DNA of 64,000 nt, taken from assembly GCF_020745735.1 (NCBI RefSeq), contig NC_083424.1:27638999-27702998 (forward strand). Reading direction: 5' to 3'. Source of the DNA: Hemiscyllium ocellatum. Lineage: Eukaryota. This document shows positions 62,346 to 64,000 of the stretch, in pieces (positions within the stretch are counted from its first letter, which is position 1; each line of letters starts with the position of its first letter). A model generated the notes under the pieces. That model made no database searches and was not told the DNA's origin. It saw nothing but the letters and a program-made list of their open reading frames with translations. The translations under genes were made by a program, and so were the position numbers.

Positions 62346-64000
62346 ATAACTGTACTCTCTCAATAATTCATATGAGAAAAATAAATCTTAGAGAAAATGT
62401 CAAGGCTTGAATAGTGTGGTGGGTCTGTAAAACTGTCTATCCTGGGTTGGACTAACCAATATACACCACAAGTCGTGGTATTGTTTTGGTGTTCAACAAT
62501 TACTATGTTCCTTTGCAGTCACATTTCTTGAATTCTGGAAAGTGTTAGAGACCTTGCTGTCCATATGTCCTTAAAGCCGGTTAAGTTAATTGTTTTAAAA
62601 AAATCTTACTTTTATAAACTACCACCAGAAAAGTTGATAGAATGTGATTCCATAATTGTAAATGGAAGTGGACAGGTCTAAGATTAGGAATATATAGGGG
62701 TATAAACAAAAAGCACAGATATGGGACTTAGCATTACCACTCATCTGGTATTTGCATAAATTAGATCATCTCTTGTACAGCATTAAGATGTCAGTGTTTG
62801 GCTTTATATACCACAGTACCAAGTCCCAAAAATTACATTCATTTAATCCAAAGTCTTTTCAGCTCAAATTTTCTTTCGTATTTGTTCTGCAATTTAACTG
62901 TTTTTGAAGAAAGGTTATAGCAGCTATTTTGGTAACCATTAAACCATTTATGGGGATTCATACTTTTAAGTTTGCACAAAGCTGCATAATAGAATAAAAG
63001 TACAAAAAAAATGCAATGCCGGAAATCTAAAACAAAAACAGGAACTACTGGAAAATACCAGCAGGTCTGACAGCATGATTCTGAAATAGACTGCTTTCTC
63101 TCCACAAATGCTGCCAGACCTGCTGAGGTTCTCCAACAATTTGTGTTATTTCAGAATAAAAATCTACTTCAACACACTGATGGTAGTTTAGCACAGGAGA
63201 TGCTTACATTTATGACTCATTGCAAGATAAGCTTTATTCCTCATCATCCAGCAAGTAAATTTCGTAAGGTTAAGTGTATGAATGTTTAGAGCAATATCAG
63301 TTTAGTCACTTCGTTGATTGTAGTTATGTTTGTAAGTAATTTTTTTGAAGATAGAAAACCGTGTTGATTTTATAATCTTTATACTTTGTTAATCTGTTTT
63401 AGTCTTAATCAGCCAGGCAGTCAGAAGAGGATTACAATAAATCTAGTCTTTGAGACATTTTCTACATCAAAAATGCTACACAATGTGTTTAATTTGATAG
63501 AGAAATTGTTAGTCAAATCAATGAATTGACATAAAAGGTTGGTCAAAAAGATTGGCTTTAAGGAGGATCTTTGAGAGAGGCTGAGGGAATTCCAGATTTA
63601 AATGACTAAAGGCACCTTTAGTGACTGATAGTGGGGGAAATACAAGAGTTCACTGAAGTTGTTGCTGATCCAATTTACAAATTCCTCAGATTGGCATGAT
63701 CTGCTTTTGTCCTTGCAATTTTCCGAGTCATGATCCAGGTATTATCTGGGGGTCACCATCTATGGGATAAACACTTTACTGTAAGTCTGTGTTTCTAAAA
63801 CTGGCTGCCAGGAGATGAATAAAATTATAATGGATAGGAATCATCACTACAGTTTAGCAGTTCTTAATGTATTTTGTAATCTTTGTTTGCTATTTATTTA
63901 GTTTGCTTTGTGTTACTATCTGGTCCTATCACGTACGCGTTGTAATTTATTCATTCCACTTTGAAACTGGTTTCATACTCTAGCTAGTTGTAATTAACAG

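Noticed and set aside
62350-64000. Start of ANAPC7, expected next by synteny
   Set aside because: No CpG island or recognisable exon; only L2 and Penelope-end remnants are present.

Overview
Vertebrate genomic DNA, almost certainly from a shark (elasmobranch HE1 SINE and HER1/CR1 LINE families dominate). Two complete intron-containing genes lie on the + strand: GPN3 (8 coding exons, 19813-33191, 286 aa) and ARPC3 (7 coding exons, 46522-60707, 178 aa). All introns are GT-AG and both spliced frames are open. The order matches the vertebrate FAM216A-GPN3-ARPC3-ANAPC7 block. A weakly supported promoter and first exon of a minus-strand gene (possibly FAM216A) sits near 3.0-3.5 kb. Most of the rest is decayed retroelements (CR1, L2, RTE, Penelope-like elements, several SINEs), and nearly all ORFs in the supplied track are fragments or antisense shadows of these. 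The most unusual signal is a set of short elements derived from Penelope 3' ends that carry minimal hammerhead-ribozyme cores. One is an apparently very young insertion with a perfect 97-bp-arm palindrome, a hammerhead on each strand and a 14-bp target-site duplication, about 850 bp upstream of the GPN3 start codon. Two different intact-looking hammerhead motifs lie in sense orientation in ARPC3 intron 6. Other observations: the ARPC3 promoter CpG island is built around a 4 x 31-bp tandem repeat, and a LINE tail probably supplies the ARPC3 exon-2 branch point. Family and gene names come from recalled sequences, not from database searches.
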